A stretch of DNA of 57,276 nt, counting the filler, from Trichosphaerium sp. ATCC 40318 (taxonomy: Eukaryota > Protista > Tubulinea), in NCBI GenBank assembly GCA_038496445.1. It is 3 parts of 3 records of this genome, joined end to end, with 100 filler letters (N's around TTAATTAATTAA, not from the genome) between each part and the next. Parts side by side here need not be neighbours in the genome. Positions count along the whole stretch, not along the records: positions 1 to 19,844 come from JALMLS010000026.1; 2 more parts are not named here. The stretch is one strand, 5' to 3'. The notes beneath the pieces are model-generated. The model saw only the letters and a program-made list of their open reading frames with translations, searched no databases and had not been told where the DNA came from. Position 1 is the stretch's first letter. Each line of letters begins with the position of its first letter. Shown piece after piece: positions 1-11,597 of the stretch. Position numbers and translations under genes: made by a program.

Positions 1-996
1 ATACAACAAAATACCGTCTATTATTGGCACTAATCAGTAAGTTTCTAGGTTTACTTAACGCTTTGGATTTTACATATGATTTTTCGAACCGCTATGTTAG
101 CATTGAGAGAACAATTCCATCCTAGCAAACCTCAAAAACCAACCTAAAAAATGAACAATTCTTTGAGAAAGCTTCCAGAAAAAAAAAAGAAAAAGAAGGA
201 AAAGTTTGTTAGTTTATTAACTTATTGTAGGTATGAGGGCAACTTCTTTATCTACCATAGTATCGGTGCACCAAAGATATGTACGTAATACATTGTACCA
301 TTGTAAAGCTAACCATAAACACACTTCTAGTGACCTATGAAGAATACGTGGAAGTAACTGCACAAGGTTTGGGAAGACTATCTGATACCCTGGACTATAA
401 AACAGTCCTACAATGGCACGTTCTTGTTTAATCTCATTTCTTTCGCCCCTTTCTAAACAATATAAGGTACACTGATTATACAGAACAAGTTGGATACTGG
501 AGAGGTTTGGCTAAGATTGTTGGTGACGGAGGTGTTCGATGTGGTGCTCATTTTGCATCGCTTAAGATTAGTTCGTATCAAGTGAACACTCATTGGCGAT
601 ACTTATTTACACGTGTACCTAAAAGTCCTGCATCATTCCTCAACGCAACACATACTTCAGAGTGTAAGTCGGTTTGAGTCTTGCTTTTTTTTCTCTTCAT
701 AGTTTACTAGTTTGCCTAACACGTGTTTAGTGCCGTATGTATTTCAGAATCCAGATCTTTTTTCCAATGCAACCGTATTCAATGAAGATGATGTAACGGT
801 TGAGCATGCATTTGCTACTTTATGGAAGTCAATGTCTGCTTTGGCAAAACCTCAAGGTACCACTGCATCATGGGCGAGCTATGGGACAAGCCAAAAAGTT
901 CTTGAATTTAATGTACCTCTTCAAATGATTCCTCTGGACCAACAGTATTGGTCTTATTGCGATAACTGGCATCATACCCTGATATCATCACAATAG
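1..996 (+). CDS. Type-B carboxylesterase/cholinesterase-like protein, 3' part (multi-exon, 5' end outside window); inverted duplicate of 13331-15662
   Basis: Near-exact reverse complement of 13331-14326; last ORF 712..996 is identical to ORF 13331..13615. Confidence 0.85.
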
Positions 997-1345
997 CTCA
1001 GTAATAAACTGTACCTTAAACGATTCTCAATGTTCTCTGTGCTGCTGAAAACTGAGTGCGATTTGTCTAATAAAAACAATGGTACAGCTTTTCTTTTTAA
1101 ACCTCACGTGTAATTTTCCTATGATATTCCGTGATAGAAAAGGTTTTTACTAGGTACATACTATTTATGTATGCGAGAGTGAGAGTGTCCAACTGAGGAA
1201 GTCAAAGTTGGCGTGAGACGTTCTCCTAAATTAAGAGAGCTCGAACCCCAAAGAAAACAAAAAAACTGTTCTCTCCTCAAACATGAGATGCTTACAAACG
1301 TAGGGTCTAACAACAAAATAGTTTACTTGTTTGTACAAACATGGT

Positions 1346-2824
1346 TTAAATGGTCTTGTTAACTACTGCCTTGGAAAACAAGATGCGTTCATCTTGACTT
1401 AATTCAAGCAGATCAAAAGTATCTGGAGTAATCTTGCTAACTTGGAAACAAGTCAAGTTCATAATATCCCCAACTGTCTCTGCTCTTTCAGGTTTAAAAC
1501 CCAACCCCTTCAGAATTACCTTCCAACATTTGTCGAGAGTAACAACAGGCAAAGTCTCTTGAGAGAGTTCTGTCCTTGTAGTACTGGAAGGCACCTTCAT
1601 AACGAGTGAGTTTTAGAAGTTGATTTCAAAAAAAGTGGTGCTAGCGTGCATTGGTAATGTCATAATCCGAAAGGCTTAGCATTTGATCTATTACAGAATT
1701 CGTTGCTTCTAAATCTGAATCAACTTGTGGTGGTTCACAGAATGGAGCCTGTTCCAGTGTAGGATCTACAACGCTCATTAGTGTATTGTTGTTCAAACTC
1801 TATGAGCAAATTGCTATGGAGTACCGAAACCTGGGTCGTTGTTGTAGGCGGGCCGTGGAACATGATGCCTATGTAACTCGCCATCGGCAATATCTTGGCT
1901 AGAGATGGTAAGAAAAGGTAAAAAAACGCTAGCTTACCTTGTCATCTCTGGCTCCGACTCAGATTCTGATTCTTCAGCTTCGTGACCCGGACTTGTGTGC
2001 CTATGATGCTGAAGCCGTTCAAACTGGCTTCGGGTTGGTTTGAGACCTAGACAACGTTAAAAGGTATTGAGTACTAGCGCGTACATCTTTGTCAAGGGGA
2101 CCAGGTTTTCTTTGTTCTGTTGTGTTTGCTGGATGAGAAGCATACCACCAGGGTGGAAAATCTTTGATTGATATGAGAATTAATTCGTCAAATACTAAAA
2201 CGTGCCTCCTTCAATAACAGTATCAGGGCTGCTTAAGAATTCACCACAGATGTATTTCAAGTTATCTTGCCCGTTGATCCATAAATCGTCACCGAGCTGC
2301 CTCCAATAACTCTCCTCGATCTAGTTGGAGTTAAACCTTGTTAAACAAACACAAGTGCTTCTCTATTCTTTGAGCGTTTAGTTTCCTCGCTTTGTATTTA
2401 CGCTTTCTTCGAACTAGGGTTGAATAAGTACAACACTTTAGTACAAAAGGCGTATGTTTTGGTCGGTCACGTTGCAGTGATTGGTGAGCAGCTAGGGTGC
2501 CTACGTTTCCCTTAGGTTCATCCATACTCGATTACGTACCTCGATTACGAGCACGTGGTTGCTTCTCCTCTATTCCAAAACCGATACGTGGTTGTGAACT
2601 TGGTTTATAACCAAACTGGGAATGAGATCACCAGTTGGTTTTTCAGACAAAATAGTTTTTAGTTTGATTAATTTACGTTCGCAGTTGTGCTGAGGTGTTG
2701 TTGAGGTTGTTCTTGTTGGTTTAGAATGACCAGAATTAGGTTTAAGCGAACAAAAACTACGAAGTATCGCACATTGGTTGTACGTTGGTAACATTGAAAA
2801 TACAGACGATACTGAGCGTTTCAT
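1346..2824 (-). pseudogene. Cassette-family gene A (MKRS leader, NLS-like segment, acidic linker, SAM-like C-terminus); frameshifted twin of gene E
   Basis: Leader ORF 2570..2824; last exon identical to that of E. Relative to E it has a net 4-bp loss near 2610-2630, a 1-bp loss near 2021 and no second ATG. Could be a pseudogene or sequencing indels. Confidence 0.6.
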
Positions 2825-3254
2825 GAGGTTTTAAGATGAAAATATATTCATCAAAAAAGTGTGAATCGTTTTTAGAAATAATACTAACTCACTGTATTAC
2901 TCCCAGACACTCTGAAAAGTGTTTGTAACAATATCACTTTCTCGTGAATACTCATGTAGTGTAACACAAAAAATACCGTTAACTGTTTTGAGACAACACG
3001 TGATAATGGTGACTGGGAATGTGTACAACTTGTTTTTATTGAGTCGGCTCGTTTTTCTTTTTTCGGTAAACTACTCGTTACCGTACAACTCAGACTAACT
3101 CCATTATTAAAAATGGTCTGGCTATTATGCGTGTCACTACTTGAACGCCTTATTTATGATACCTATCTTCTTCGAGTACTGTAGATCAATCGGGAAGGAG
3201 TTGAATCCCAAATTTGATGGAATTTTTTTTAACATTAACTATTTTTATCACGTG
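2685..3254 (-). repeat. Constant 5' cassette, copy A
   Basis: Shares AAACCTCATGAAACGC...CAACAACACCT and upstream blocks (AAAACAAGTTGTACAC, GTACGGTAACGAGTAGTTTACCGAAAA, GATCTACA) with copies B-E. Confidence 0.9.
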
Positions 3255-3341
3255 TAGAATTCGTTTACACTCTCCGTTTTTATAACGTACAATACACTGT
3301 AGTTGTTTTGAGACCTGAACTGGCACGTGATAAAAATAGTT

Positions 3342-3810
3342 CATCCCAAAAACTAAATGTAAATAAATTCTGGTTTCGGCAATTGATAAAATAAAAAAGT
3401 ACAACTCACGAGAATATCCAGACTCGCCCGCATTAGGCTAATCGTATAATTGCAGACTGGCTCTGATATTAATAAACAACACTTAAGATACCAACATAGT
3501 ATTGATAGGTGAGTCTGGACATCTAGTGAGTACGATGAAGTATTATCGAAATAAAAAGAGACTGTTTCAAAATAAGTTGTTACATGTGTTGAGTTCAAGT
3601 GTTTAAACAGTCACCAGACAACATAATGCGATTAAGAGCTTCTAAACAGTTGTATTAGATTGTATTAATGTTGTTACACGCTCTATTTGGCATAACCAGA
3701 ATATGTTAAAATGACTACACTAATAAAACAAACTACTACATCGCAAAAGTTCCACGTACTAACTTTCGTTGTAACCAAGCTTTTTATTTTGTCACTTGTG
3801 AGTTGAAAAC
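3342..3810. promoter_or_regulatory. Spacer between divergent cassettes A and B (candidate promoter or invertible segment)
   Basis: Lies between two inverted cassette copies; reverse-complement homolog at ~10467-10957; no convincing protein. Confidence 0.4.
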
Positions 3811-4487
3811 AGAATTCGTTTACACTGTCAGTTTTTATAACGTACAATACACTATAATTGTTTTGAGACCTGAACTGGCGCGTGATAAAAACAGTTAATG
3901 TAAAAAAAACAATCTATCGAATTTGGGACTTCAACTCCTTCCCGATTGATCTACATTCGAAGGAGATAGGTAACATACACAAGGCGTACAACTAGTAACA
4001 CGTATAATATCTAGACCATTTTAAATAATGGAATTAGTCTGTAGTTGTACGGTAACGAGTAGTTTACCGAAAAAAAGAAAAACGAGCCGACTCAATAAAA
4101 ACAAGTTGTACACATTCCCAGTCACCATTATCACGTGTTGTCTCAAAATTGTTAACGGTATTTTTTGTGTTACACTACATGAGTATTTACAAGAAAGTGA
4201 TATTGTTAAAAACACATTTCAGAGCATCCGGGAGGTGAATACAGCGAGTTTGTAGTATTTTCTAAAAACACGTTTTAGTAATGATACTTTCCTTATTTGA
4301 TTGATTTCACACTTTTTTGATGAATATATTTTCATCTTAAAACCTCATGAAACGCCCAGTATCGTCTGTATTTTCAATGTTACCAACATACAACCAATGT
4401 GCGATACTTCGTAGTTTTTGTTCGCTTAAACCTAATTCTGGTCATTCTAAACCAACAAGAACAACCTCAACAACACCTCAGCACAAC
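3811..4487 (+). repeat. Constant 5' cassette, copy B
   Basis: Inverted relative to A, C and D; contains ATG 4347 of the MKRPVSSVF leader. Confidence 0.9.
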
Positions 4488-5401
4488 TGCGAACGTAACT
4501 TAATCAAACTAAAAACAATACAACCTCAACGGCACATCATGTCTGAAAAACCAACTGGTGATAGCAAACAAAGTTCTTCTTCACAACCACACATCGGCTT
4601 TGGAACAGAGGCGAGGCCTCATACCCGGAATAACCGTATGTACTCGAGCTTTACAGGTGCTAACTAAACTAGGGTCCCTTGGAGCTAGACAAGATCTACA
4701 ACGAGGTATAAAATGTACAACATTTAGTACACAGAACATTTTACTCATTTCGTTAGGTCTGCGAAAGCGTAAAGCGAATTGGCAGAACACAAAATCTAAA
4801 CTTAAGCGCCCAAGAAACCGAGAAGCTGGCGATTTAGATGTACGCACGTGTGTAATAACGTTATATAACTCCCGCAATAGCTTGAAATAGATAGATTTTT
4901 TGAAGGCCAGCCAGGTAATTGGAAAAACGGGATAGACAACTCCAAGCACGAGGCTGGCGAGCATCTATTAAAGTCAACTGAGGCTATTGAGAGAGGCGCC
5001 TCAAGTTTATTAGACGAATTATTATTAACATCAATCAAAGATACTCCTCCACAATCGCCTAAAAACGATGTGATTCAACGGGCATCCATTGTTGATCATG
5101 TGCGCCAACTCTAGTAAAAATTAGTTCTTTATATTTGTCCACTAATGTTTATGTAGGCTGCTGATGCCGAAACAACAGACATCTCTCAGCTTCCTCAAAC
5201 AAAACTTAATTCCAACCCATGTTGGATGGAGATACTGAAATATTTGGGGTTTGAAAAGGACAGAGCTACTCTAATTGGAGGAAGATGAACCGTGCAAATA
5301 TCAAGACTTGCGACATCAGTGATAGGACCTTTGAAATACTTAGTTTAAGTGCTGATGAACGTCTTATACTAATTATAGCAAAGGATGAACACACCATTTG
5401 A
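4347..5401 (+). CDS. Cassette-family gene B (leader, NLS-like, SAM-like C-terminus), ~6 exons
   Basis: Introns include 4636-4672 and GC-AG 4996-5040. Last exon reads CWMEILKYLGFEKDRATLIGG/KMNRANIKTCDISDRTFEILSLSADERLIL, with a 1-bp frameshift at ~5280 (error or lesion). Confidence 0.65.
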
Positions 5402-5649
5402 AACTTATAACCTTTACTCCATACATTTGTAGCAACCTCCAATTTGTAGCCTAGAACCTGTCTCATTGAGTTTACTTGCTTGGTTACGTGTAGCACTTGT
5501 CTTTTTCATGTTAGTTGAATAACATTCCCTTATTGGTTACGTGGTAAGAGATATGATTTGTTTTAGCAACATTTGTTCGATGAAGAACTCCCACATAGTG
5601 GTAATTAAATGTAAATAGAATGCATAGTATGCCACCAAACGACCAACGT

Positions 5650-5960
5650 AAATAATTGACAAAATAATAAGTACAACTCACTACAATATCCAGACACGTG
5701 CAAAACGCTTTATCATACTAAACCAGTAAAAGAATATAGATTTCGATATTCTAATAAGGACTGTGTTGCTATGATAGATTCTAACGACCAACTTGTAACG
5801 TTAGAACTTAAATCAACCTCGACAGTAGTAAGTGTGCTATCACTTTCACTAGTGATAATACATCAAGTAATACTGTATGTACTTTTTTCGTAAACAACAC
5901 TTTTCAGAGCGTCTGGGAGGTGAATACGGCAAGTTTGCATTATTTCTAAAAACACGTGAT
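5650..5960 (+). repeat. Degenerate relic of spacer plus cassette
   Basis: AATTGACAAAATAATAAGTACAACTCACTACAATATCCAGAC resembles 3381-3424; TTTCAGAGCGTCTGGGAGGTGAATACGGCAAGTTTG resembles 4217-4252; no leader ORF follows. Confidence 0.65.
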
Positions 5961-6552
5961 AAAGCTAAACCAGCTTCCTAAATACTTGTACAGTTTATCA
6001 AAAAAATGTTGTTAACGCTTAGATCAATCCTTTGACCACCAATAAGCAAAGAAGACAATCATGGTAGGAATGGAATACATCTGTCTCTGACATAGCTCAT
6101 GCGCAGGGCGACAGTGTTTATTTACATAATACGATCGAGATTGCAAAGAAAAAAATGTGTATGAAATAAAACGAAAAAGTTGGTAGCAAAAGGTAGTTTA
6201 CGCTAGGCGGAGTAGGTGTTGTCTGTTTGCTATCGCAGTCATTTATAGCTTAGCAATGGAAATCTAGTTGGTCTTCTTTGTTCAAACGTCGTGAAATGTA
6301 CATCATGTTTAGACTTTTGAGCGAACATGTGATAACTGACAGGTGCGGTATTTATTTGATACTTACAAGTACACAGCATTCTTAGACACGAGAATCCTGA
6401 TCCCATACCACGTCACGAAATCATAGTATACCTTGCGATCCTCAGGTGCTTACACACGTCGGTTGTTGATCGTTTTTGTACAAAAAACGCTTGTAAATAC
6501 AACGAATCCATTTGCCTTTTTTGTTACCACAATACGATATTTATTTGGACAA

Positions 6553-7901
6553 TTACAATTGTTTGTCTTGGTAGTTAACTAAGTCAGCGCGCTCTTCCAC
6601 AGTGAATCCCAGCCTTAGCATAACTTTGCCTGTCACATCCTTCAATCCAACGCACATGCGGTTCAATTTTGAGCCAAGAAGTCGTGCTCTTGGTTTTTTA
6701 AGCTTTGCTTCGAGCAAAATGCTCACCCAATCAATTTGGGTACTTGCCGTTTCATCGTCTGATTCTGAAGGATCATCTCTAGCGCATTCAAAAGAGTATT
6801 GTTGGCTTTTGTCCTCCTCAGAGGCTGTATCTATTGAACAATCACCATCACCTTTTTACTGTCAGTCTCACTCATAAAAGTTCAATGTGTACCAAAATTC
6901 GGCGATTGTGTTTCTTTGTAGCTTGTTTTGCCCCTCTCCCTTACTTCAGCTTCAGGGTATCTAAAGCCGTAAGGAAACGATTAATCAAAAAAAAAACAGT
7001 ACGCTATACTTGGACGTTGTTGAGCACATGGAGGAGCAGGAACTGGGTTCTATTTACAATTTAGCAAACGACAACAAACTTAGATTTGAGTACAATACTG
7101 TGTTGCGGTATACGCATTGTGTCATCAGTCATAAAGGTTTGGAGATCTACACCTCGATAATCTTGATTGATATTAGCAACTATTTTCAATAAAAATTTCG
7201 TACCGCCTTCGAACTGCTGTACGTAGCCCTCCTCCAGTACGTCATAGTCCCCGTATTGATCGTAACAAGCGCGCTTGAATTCTGACCTGTATGCAGCTTC
7301 TAGAATCTTTTTGAAGTTAGCCTTCTTCAAGGTAAACATGCGTACAGAGTCCCAACTTCCAGGAGAAGAACCTCTTAGACGCTTCCAAGGGTAGCCGCAT
7401 GTGGAGCCCCACTTCCGTTTGTTGTCTAAAGTTGTTTCAAGTAAGTAACTCATTTTGAAATAAAAAAAAAACTACCTATTTCTTGGCTAGTGTACTGCTG
7501 GTAATCAAACGCTTCATTATAAGATCTGTCGTGGCTCTGATGGTAACCTAAACTATTGTTAGGTTTTAAAGAATGGTTGGCTACGTACTTTGATCATGGT
7601 TATTGAGATGAGGCCTTTGTACTTCTTGGGTATCAAAGTTGATAGCTGGTTTTGAACCTACAGTACTAAACCCGGTCCCCTTTTGTTCTTCGGCCATGGG
7701 TGTACTGAGTTTTCTTTTTCGAGACTTGATTATTTTTCTTCTGTTCTTTCTCCTTTGTTTATAGGAGAGAGGTGTTGTTGAGGTTGTTCTTGTTGGTTTA
7801 GAATGACCAGAATTAGGTTTAAGCGAACAAAAACTACGAAGTATCGCACATTGGTTGTACGTTGGTAACATTGAAAATACAGACGATACTGAGCGTTTCA
7901 T
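6553..7901 (-). CDS. Cassette-family gene C (leader, NLS-like, SAM-like C-terminus), multi-exon
   Basis: Leader ORF 7581..7901; KRKW...KRLR basic cluster; family-shared intron 7162-7203; last exon DWVSILLEAKLKKPRARLLGSKLNRMCVGLKDVTGKVMLRLGFTVEERADLVNYQDKQL*. Confidence 0.7.
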
Positions 7902-8350
7902 GAGGTTTTAAGATGAAAATATATTCATCAAAAAAGTGTGAAATCAATCAAATAAGGAAAGTATCATTACTAAAACGTGGTTGAATGAAAATAATACAAA
8001 CTCACTGTATTCACCTCTCCAGACGCTCTGAAATGTGTTTTTAACAATATCACTTTCTTGTAAATACTCATGTAGTGTAACACAAAAAAATACCATTAAC
8101 TGTTTTGAGACAACACGTGATAATGGTGACTGGGAATGAGTACAACTTGATTTTATTGAGTCGGCTTGTTTTTTCTTTTTTTCGGTAAACTACTCGTTAC
8201 CGTACAACTACAGACCAACTCCGTTATTAAAAATGGCCTGACTATTATACGTGTTACTGTGTGTACGCTTTGTATATGTTACCTACCTCCTTCAAATGTA
8301 GATCAATAGGGAAGGAGTTGAAGTCCAAAATTCGATAGACTTTTTTTTTT
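7770..8350 (-). repeat. Constant 5' cassette, copy C (starts ~30 bp after the stop of gene D; no spacer)
   Basis: Direct repeat of copy D (9780-10350). Confidence 0.9.
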
Positions 8351-8380
8351 ACGAAACGTATCGTTTATTTATTGTGAAAC

Positions 8381-9908
8381 TTAGGCTTGTTGCTTACATT
8401 GATACTCGATCACTTGGGCCCTTTCTAGTACTTTGAAGCCTAAAACTGCAAGAGCTTCACCTGTTATTTCAAACAGAGTCGCGTAACTTTTATCCAATTT
8501 CCGACCTAGAATTCTAGCTCTGTCTTTAGATAACTCACAAGTTATTAGTATCTCCTCCCAATTACTACGGGAAGTGACATTGATACTGTCTTTTGTGAGG
8601 TCTTTTGTATCTTCGTCAGAAGATAGCTTAACAATAAGTAAGTACAAAGGAATCCTTGTTCAAAAAAAAAAACGAAACTGAAGGATTACACTTTGACTAT
8701 CAGAGTCCGAGCCTGAGTTATGTTCTAACTTTACGGGTTGGTCGCTAGAATCTATCAGAGCACTAGAAACGGAGTCCTTGAGAATAGAAGGGTCAAAATC
8801 TAGGTCCATATTACCTTCAGGCGAAGGATCTACGAGAAAAACGTTAGTTTATATCCTCATCAAGATCAAAAAAGTTGACCGTACCAACACTAAGATCATA
8901 AGTAACGGGATCATTCTCGTCTATATTTTCTTCAAAGTTGAGTCTCTGACGTTCACTTTCTGTAATGTCAGCGCTAAAGATCATAAGAAACAGATTACAA
9001 CAAAAGGGTACCTGGTATATTCGTCCACAAGTTGAGGTACTGGGTTGGGGACATAGCTTGGGCTACGTCGACAATGAGCCTGGAACGGTTCAAAGTAAGG
9101 TTTATCTTCATAAGCATCCTATAGAGAGTGTTAAGAGGTATAAAATACTATTGAATTGTACGTCATTTGAGGCAGTATCATGGTCCCACGTGTTATTTAG
9201 GTGATAAGGAGTGTAGAAAAACGATTTTCGACCTTTGATTGATATTAATATTAAAGCCTCAAGCAACAAACGTGCCTCCTTGGAGCCCATCCAGATTTTC
9301 TATAAGATCGCTGTATTCTAACATAATATTATCCAACCCATTGAGCCACAGGCTGTGGTTGGACAAGTCTCTGTAAGGGCTCTCTTCGGATTTGATATCT
9401 GGTTGTTCAGCAGTCTTTATAGTGCGTTTAGTTTTCTTGCGCTTTGCGCAAGTGCTATCCATGCACTTTTCAGCTTTACGCTTTCTAGGGCCTAACTAAT
9501 GAGCTATTGAATAGTTACGTCAACACAAGCGTACATTTTCTTGTATCCCTGCTTAGTGACTGTTGAGCTGCTACATCGAATCTTTGTTTAGAGGCTACAG
9601 ACAAGTTCTTATGTACCTTGAATACCAGCAAAAGGTTGCTTCTCTTCCCCTCCAAAGCTAATGCGTGGCTTTGAAGTTGACTCAGTTCCGCATGAGCCAT
9701 CACCATTTGCTTGTTTCGACATGATGTATTTTGGTTTTGGTTTTTCAAGGTTGGTTAATTTACTTTTGTAGTTGTGCTGAGGTGTTGTTGGGGTTGTTGT
9801 TGGTTTAGAATGACCAGAATTAGGTTTAAGCGAACAAAAACTACGAAGTATCGCACATTGGTTGTATGTTGGTAACATTGAAAATACAGACGATACTGAG
9901 CGTTTCAT
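8381..9908 (-). CDS. Cassette-family gene D (leader, NLS-like, acidic linker, SAM-like C-terminus), multi-exon
   Basis: Leader ORF 9609..9908; RKRK...KRKKTKR; last exon NWEEILITCELSKDRARILGRKLDKSYATLFEITGEALAVLGFKVLERAQVIEYQCKQQA*. Confidence 0.7.
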
Positions 9909-10445
9909 GAGGTTTTAAGATGAAAATATATTCATCAAAAAAGTGTGAATCAATCAAATAAGGAAAGTATCATTACTAAAACGTGGTTGAATGAAAATAA
10001 TACAAACTCACTGTATTCACCTCCCCAGACGCTCTGAAATATGTTTGTAACAATATCACTTTCTTGTGAATTCTTGTGTAGTGTAACACAAAAAATACCA
10101 TTAACTGTTTTGAGACAACACGTGATAATGGCGACAGGGAATGTGTACAACTTGATTTTATTGAGTCGGCTTGTTTTTTCTTTTTTTCGGTAAACTACTC
10201 GTTACCGTACAACTACAGACCAACTCCATTATTAAAAATGGCCTGCCTATTATACGTGTTACTGCGTGTACGGTTTGTATATGTTACCTATCTCCTTCAA
10301 ATGTAGATCAATAGGGGAGGAATTGAAGTCCAAAATTCGATAGATTTTTTTAACATTAACTATTTTTATCACGTGCCAGTTCAGGTCTCAACACAACTTG
10401 AGTGTATTGTACGTTTTAAAAACTGATAGTGTAAACGAATTCTAT
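9772..10445 (-). repeat. Constant 5' cassette, copy D
   Basis: Reverse complement of copy B (3811-4487). Confidence 0.9.
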
Positions 10446-10957
10446 ACGCCAGTTAGAGTGTAAATCAATTCTGTTTTCAACTCACAATTGACAAAATAAA
10501 AAGCTAGCTTGGGTACAACGAAAGTTAGTACGTGGAACTTTTGTGATGTAGTACAGGCAATAGTATTTGTTGTAGTTTTATTCATGTACTCATTTTAACA
10601 TATTCTGGTTATGCCAAATAGAGCATGTAACATTAATACAATATAACACAACTGTTTAGAAGCTCTTAATCGCTTTACATAGTCCGGTGACTGTTTAAAC
10701 ACTTGAACTCAACACACGTAACAACTTATTTTGAAACAGTTTCTGATATTTCGATAATACTTCATCGTACTCACTAGATGTCCAGATTCACCTATCAATA
10801 CTATGTTGGTATCTTATGTGTTGTTTATTAATATCAGAGCCAGTCTGCAATTGTACAATTAGCCTAATGCGGGCGAGTCTGGAAATTCTCGTGAGCTGTA
10901 CTTTTTTATTTTATCAATTGTCGAACCAGAATTTATTTACATGGGTAGTTTTTGGGA

Positions 10958-11597
10958 TACAATACACTCAAGTTGTGTTAAGACCTGAATTGGCACGTGA
11001 TAAAAATAGTTAATGTTAAAAAAATCTATCGAATTTTGGACTTCAACTCCTTCCCTATTGATCTACAGTACTCGAAGAAGATAGGTATCATAGATAAGGC
11101 GTTCAAGTAGTGACACGCATAATAGCCAGAGTATTTTGAATAACGGAGTTAGTCTGTAGTTGTACGGTAACGAGTAGTTTACCGAAAAAAAGAAAAAACA
11201 AGCCGACTCAATAAAAACAAGTTGTACACCTTCCCAATCGCCATTATCACGTGTTGTCTCAAAACAGTCAATGGTATTTTTTTGTGGTACACTACATGAG
11301 TATTTACAAGAAAGTGATATTGCTAAAAACATATTTCAGAGCGTCTGGGAGAACAATGAGTTTGTATTTCTATCTTCAAACACGTTTTAGTAATGAGACT
11401 TTCCTTATTTGATTGATTTCACACTTTTTTGATGAATTTATTTTCATCTTAAAACCTCATGAAACGCCCAGTATCGTCTGTATTTTCAATGTTACCAACA
11501 TACAACCAATGTGCGATACTTCGTAGTTTTTGTTCGCTTAAACCTAATTCTGGTCATTCTAAACCAACAACAACAACCTCAACAACACCTCAGCACA
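10958..11597 (+). repeat. Constant 5' cassette, copy E
   Basis: Inverted relative to D; ATG at 11459. Confidence 0.9.

Larger units (their letters stand above)
1..4490. repeat. Left arm of large inverted duplication (pairs with ~9770-14326)
   Basis: Position 1 ATACAACAAAATACCGTC is the reverse complement of GACGGTATTTTGTTGTAT ending at 14326. Near-identical to ~2250, then more diverged but collinear through gene A, the spacer and the cassette of gene B. Confidence 0.92.

Noticed and set aside
3186-4255. Recurrent short ORFs in cassette upstream and spacer DNA (3186, 3353, 4021, 4028; also 9950, 10816, 11063)
   Set aside because: Frames and stops are not conserved between copies; the similarity only reflects the DNA repeat.
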